A stretch of 47,904 nucleotides of DNA from the NCBI GenBank assembly GCA_964016885.1, contig CAXHJY010000791.1:1-47904 (forward strand), read 5' to 3'. The notes under the pieces are model-generated. The model saw nothing but the letters and a program-made list of their open reading frames with translations, did not search any database and was not told the origin of the DNA. Position 1 is the first letter of the stretch; every line of letters starts with the position of its first letter. This DNA comes from Eledone cirrhosa. Its lineage: Eukaryota. The translations under genes and the position numbers were made by a program. This document shows, piece by piece, positions 43,959 through 47,904 of the stretch.

Positions 43959-44019
<61 letters not shown>

Positions 44020-44020
<1 letters not shown>

Positions 44021-44145
44021 GAAGAGAGATGTCCCACACGGGTGACAATATAAGGAAAATAAATTGAAAATGCAACTGGAGTTTTTAAGAATATTTATTT
44101 ATTTACTTTACCGGTTTCACAGTTCTTAAGATTTTCAAAAGTAGA
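44020..44145 (-). mobile_element. Family D cassette with a decayed hammerhead-like core
   Basis: Shares GAAAATGCAACTGGAGT and TTTACCGGTTT with 40207-40400; minus strand TTGAAAA...GAAACCGGTA. Confidence 0.5.
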
Positions 44146-44213
44146 TAAATAAATAAAAATTTCTTTGAGAAAAAAACTGGTCTATTGAAGCCGCCATCAC
44201 TTTACACCCCAAC

Positions 44214-44266
<53 letters not shown>

Positions 44267-44539
44267 AGTAAGAATATTTTCGAAATATATATATTTATAT
44301 GCATACACACACGCACGCGTTCGGATATATATATATATATATACACAAACACACTCAGGGAAGAAGAGAAGTGAGAGCATTCTTATGTATTGGATTCAAA
44401 CTAAACCACGAGTAACCAGGTAATTCTTAGGAAGTGATTTCTTGAACAAATACAAAAGAATTATTTAGACCAACAATAAATACACAACAGATTTATATTT
44501 ATATTTCTTCTTACGATTTTTTTTAGTTTAAACAAATAA

Positions 44540-44726
44540 TTGTTCCTACTTTTTGGCACAAGGCCAGCAATTACCCAGTACATTACTGGTACTTTATTTT
44601 ATCAACCCTGTATGGATGAAAGGCAAAGTTAACCTCGACGGGATTTGAACTCAGACCGTAAAGGGACGTAACTATGCTAGAAAACATGGCGTCCAACTCT
44701 CTACCGATACTGCCAATTCACCGCCC
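44540..44726 (-). mobile_element. Full-length SINE family 1 with 12-bp target-site duplication
   Basis: TTAAACAAATAA at 44528-44539 and 44727-44738; body matches 46999-47189. Confidence 0.92.
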
Positions 44727-45495
44727 TTAAACAAATAACACCTCCATCTTAACACTATACCATCGCCATCTCTTTGTTGCTTTCTTCATATCTTTCTTTC
44801 TTACTTACTTTCTAATTTCCTTTCTTTCTTTCTTTCTTTTTCTATATTTATCTTTCTTTCTTTCTTTTTTTAATATTTTTCTTTCTTACTGCATTTAAAA
44901 AAAAAACATTTTTCTCTCGTTCTTCCAATTGCTGAATAAATAGCAAGAGTCGGAAAGATCGAAGTTCGAATTCATAACACCGGGTATTGTTGTTGCTGTT
45001 GTTGTTGTTGCTGTTGTTTTTGTTCTCCTGTTTTATTATTTGTGTTGATTTTTTGATTTTTTTTTCTTCCTTTTTATTTTTTCCTTTTCTTTTTTTGTCG
45101 AATCACAACAAAAATAAAATGAAATAAAATGAAGTAAAAGAGACACAAACACTGATTGTTGTCTTGGCAACCAACTGTCCACCATTATTTTGTGTGACTG
45201 ACTTTAAGAGAATGGAATTGTGATTCAGATAAAAATTATTTCTCGACACTCCACTACGCCGCCTTTTTTATCACCTTCTTCTTCTTCTTCTTCTTCTTTT
45301 CAAATATCGATCAGTAGAATGTGATATTCAATGGATTTGTATCGTATTGATTTCGAATTGTGATTAAAAAAAAAATCACCTAAAAATTAACACCCGCTTC
45401 AACAACAAGAACAACAACAACAAAATACAAGAAGATTATTAATAACATGTCTTGATTCATTGACCACAACTTGAGAGTGTTCACTCCTCCATTTT

Positions 45496-45526
<31 letters not shown>

Positions 45527-45699
45527 AATTTCGCGATCCGTCGATGTTCACCATTTTTTTAAAACAGGTTTCATAACACAGCTTTCACCCCCATAAATTT
45601 CTCCTAAGCTCCCGAACAATCAGAAAAGGCGATATCAACCAAATGAGAGGGGTCTCTCAAGTTGTATTACGAACAGCTAGTTGTCAACAGCCAAATATT

Positions 45700-46078
45700 A
45701 CTAAGTCATGAAAAGAATAATCCTCATTGAAATCACAATCCATTGGGAAGAAGAGTGCGGCAAGGCCTTTGAGCGAAAAAAGTGCCAAGTATCAAGAACT
45801 TGTGCAGGAGTATAGGGAGAAATGTTATCAGGCATGGCTGTTTCTAGTCGAGGTGGGTTGCAAGTTGTTCCGGCTCAGTAGGTTTGGGCAATGCTCATTG
45901 CAATTCGAATGACAGGAAGCAAGAAGGCTGCAGTTTGTGCATGATGGAAGCGGCAGCAGGAAGGTCCTCTTGCTAGCTTTGGAATACGCTAGAGGAGATA
46001 AGATGGAAGCCGGAAGGAGAAGATGGGCAGTAAATTTGGTCACCGCTGCTGATCCACCAAAGAAGAGGTGTTATGAAC
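45700..46078 (+). mobile_element. 3' fragment of a HERO/NeSL-like RLE non-LTR retrotransposon, frameshifted
   Basis: IILIEITIHWEEECGKAFERK / SAKYQELVQEYREKCYQAWLFLVEVGCKLF matches the ELTxPWE...KxxKY...VEVGCRG pattern. Confidence 0.8.
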
Positions 46079-46200
46079 TTTCGATGAAACACGTGGCAAA
46101 TCACCATAAAGAACTTTGTTGGTAGTGTGACTTTGCCACGAAATGTTAAACACTACACCTAACATATTGGTGTAGGATCCATCAAGTATCCTTGATATAT
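46075..46200 (-). mobile_element. RTE-like LINE fragment (post-RT region)
   Basis: LDGSYTNMLGVVFNISWQSHTTNKVLYGDLPRVSSKV. Confidence 0.75.
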
Positions 46201-46916
46201 ATCTTACTAGAATTATATCAGACACCAGTATTTGACTGGTACTTTATTTTATCAATCATGGGAAAGAATAAATAAAACAAAACAAAACAAAACAAAACAA
46301 AAAACAAAAAAAAAAGATATAAAAGCCACATCAGCGAAATTCGAAACCGAAAGGTTAAAAAGACATAACTAAAAACCACAAAACGGTATGATCGACGCTA
46401 CACCGCCCATTATGTTTCTGTTAAACCACCAACATAAACTTTCCATCTAAATATTGATTTTATCGACTTAAATATTGATGTTGTTATTTTCTCCCCCACC
46501 CCAAAAATATAGCAATATTCTCTCTGAACATTTGCTGATGTACATCCTGATTTTCGATTTTACTTTTATCTATAAATTACTTCGATCTATTTCGTATAAC
46601 ATTAAATCTACAAGAAATTGTTATATTAAAAAGATATTTAATCTTTGTAATCCGCGCATAACCGAATAATTATGTCCCTTTTTGTTTGTTGTTTGTTTGT
46701 ATTATGTTTGTTTGTGTCTGTTTCATGTACGTCTGTTGAGTTTGTTTATGTCTAATCCTGCAAGATCAAAAACGATGTAAGGTAATATATGTCGTGATGG
46801 CGGGAACATGACAGTTTTAGATGTTAACATACACATACAGACACACACACATACATCTATATGTGTGTGTGTGTCTGTGTTCTATAATTATATGTATTTA
46901 TAAATATAATATGATA

Positions 46917-46955
<39 letters not shown>

Positions 46956-46998
46956 ATGTTAGATATATACATATTATATGTTATATATATATATTTAT

Positions 46999-47189
46999 GG
47001 AGATGGAGTGGCAGTATCGGTAGAGGGTCGGGCGCCATGCTTTGCAGCAAAGAGTTACGGCCCTTTATGATCTGAGTTCAAATCCCGCCGAGGTTAACTT
47101 TGCCTTTCATCCTTACGAGGTCGATAAAATAAAGTACCAGTAATGTACTGGATAATTGCTGGCCTTGTGCCTAAAGTAGAAACAATTAT
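46999..47189 (+). mobile_element. Full-length tRNA-derived SINE family 1 (central domain resembles the Meta/MESC type)
   Basis: A box TGGCAGTATCGG, B box GAGTTCAAATCC, core CTTTGCCTTTCATCCTT..GGTCGATAAAATAAAGTACCAG; at least 9 related copies in the window. Confidence 0.92.
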
Positions 47190-47319
47190 ATGTTATATAT
47201 ATGTATATATATATATATATCATATATATATATGTTACATATATACATATTATATGTTATATATATATATATATATAACATATAATATGTATATATGTAA
47301 CATATATATACATATATGG

Positions 47320-47640
47320 AAGTCCCAAGAAATGTTCACGAACGTGTGGCACAAAACTGGTTCAGATGTGTCAAGGAAGATGATACCAGCTTTGAAGCTA
47401 AACCAAGAACCAGGGGAGAACTTCAGTTGTGGGTGGAAGATGAGAGGCCTCGTCTGAAATGGTTGACCAACAACCAAGCACAACCCACTAGTACATTGTC
47501 TACAGAACTTGGTCCTTTATAAAAGCACATTAATCGATACCTCCAAAACATCGTCGGTCAATTAATTCCTCAATAACTACCCAATGTCCGGGCTCAAGGA
47601 CGTGTCAACATTTGCAAACAACTGCTGGCAAATCCTCGTA
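47320..47640 (+). pseudogene. Mariner transposase fragment (HTH region), frameshifted
   Basis: VHERVAQNWFRCVKEDDTSFEAKPR..., TSTLSTELGP and later AQGRVNICKQLLANP match mariner WFxRFKxGDxSLEDxPRSGRP and the downstream motifs. Confidence 0.8.
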
Positions 47641-47885
47641 TGGCTTAGTGGCTATTGGGCTTGCAATGGAAAGGTTGTGAGTTCAATTCTCGGACCGGGT
47701 GATGTGTTGTTTCCTTGAGAAAGCACTTTATTTCACCTTGTTCCAGTTTATTCAGCTGTAGAAATGAGATGATAGGGACTGGGGGTCCTTATCATTAAAT
47801 CACCCAAGACACCTCCAACGAGATATACCTTGGAGGAGGCCAGCTAAACCTGCATAGGTGTGAGCTGTAACAACAACAACAACAA
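47641..47885 (+). mobile_element. SINE family 2 with (AAC)n tail inserted in the mariner fragment, 12-bp TSD
   Basis: CAAATCCTCGTA at 47629-47640 and 47886-47897; TGGCTTAGTGG A box, GAGTTCAATTC B box. Confidence 0.85.
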
Positions 47886-47904
47886 CAAATCCTCGTAAAG
47901 CCCG

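Overview
Eukaryotic, AT-rich, repeat-saturated non-coding (intronic or intergenic) DNA. The SINE, LINE and MITE families and the extreme (TA)n/(CA)n/(GA)n load suggest an octopus or other cephalopod genome (inference from recalled repeat sequences, not a search). No intact host gene is visible, and nearly all ORFs in the track are translations of simple repeats. Recognisable content: many tRNA-derived SINEs of two families; decayed LINE fragments (two Dong/R4-like, one HERO/NeSL-like, three RTE-like); a mariner transposase fragment; MITEs; and several minisatellites born inside transposons. The most notable signal is a dense set of short cassettes, mostly in or beside (TA)n tracts. They carry minimal type I hammerhead ribozyme cores (CTGANGA...GAAA), often fold back into palindromes at or inside the ribozyme, and share a TTGAGTRC tail motif, consistent with Penelope-like element (PLE) pseudo-LTR derivatives. 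There is also a 357-bp near-perfect palindrome whose centre is exactly nucleotide +1 of a tRNA-like head. Coordinates were read by eye, so the edges of decayed elements are approximate.
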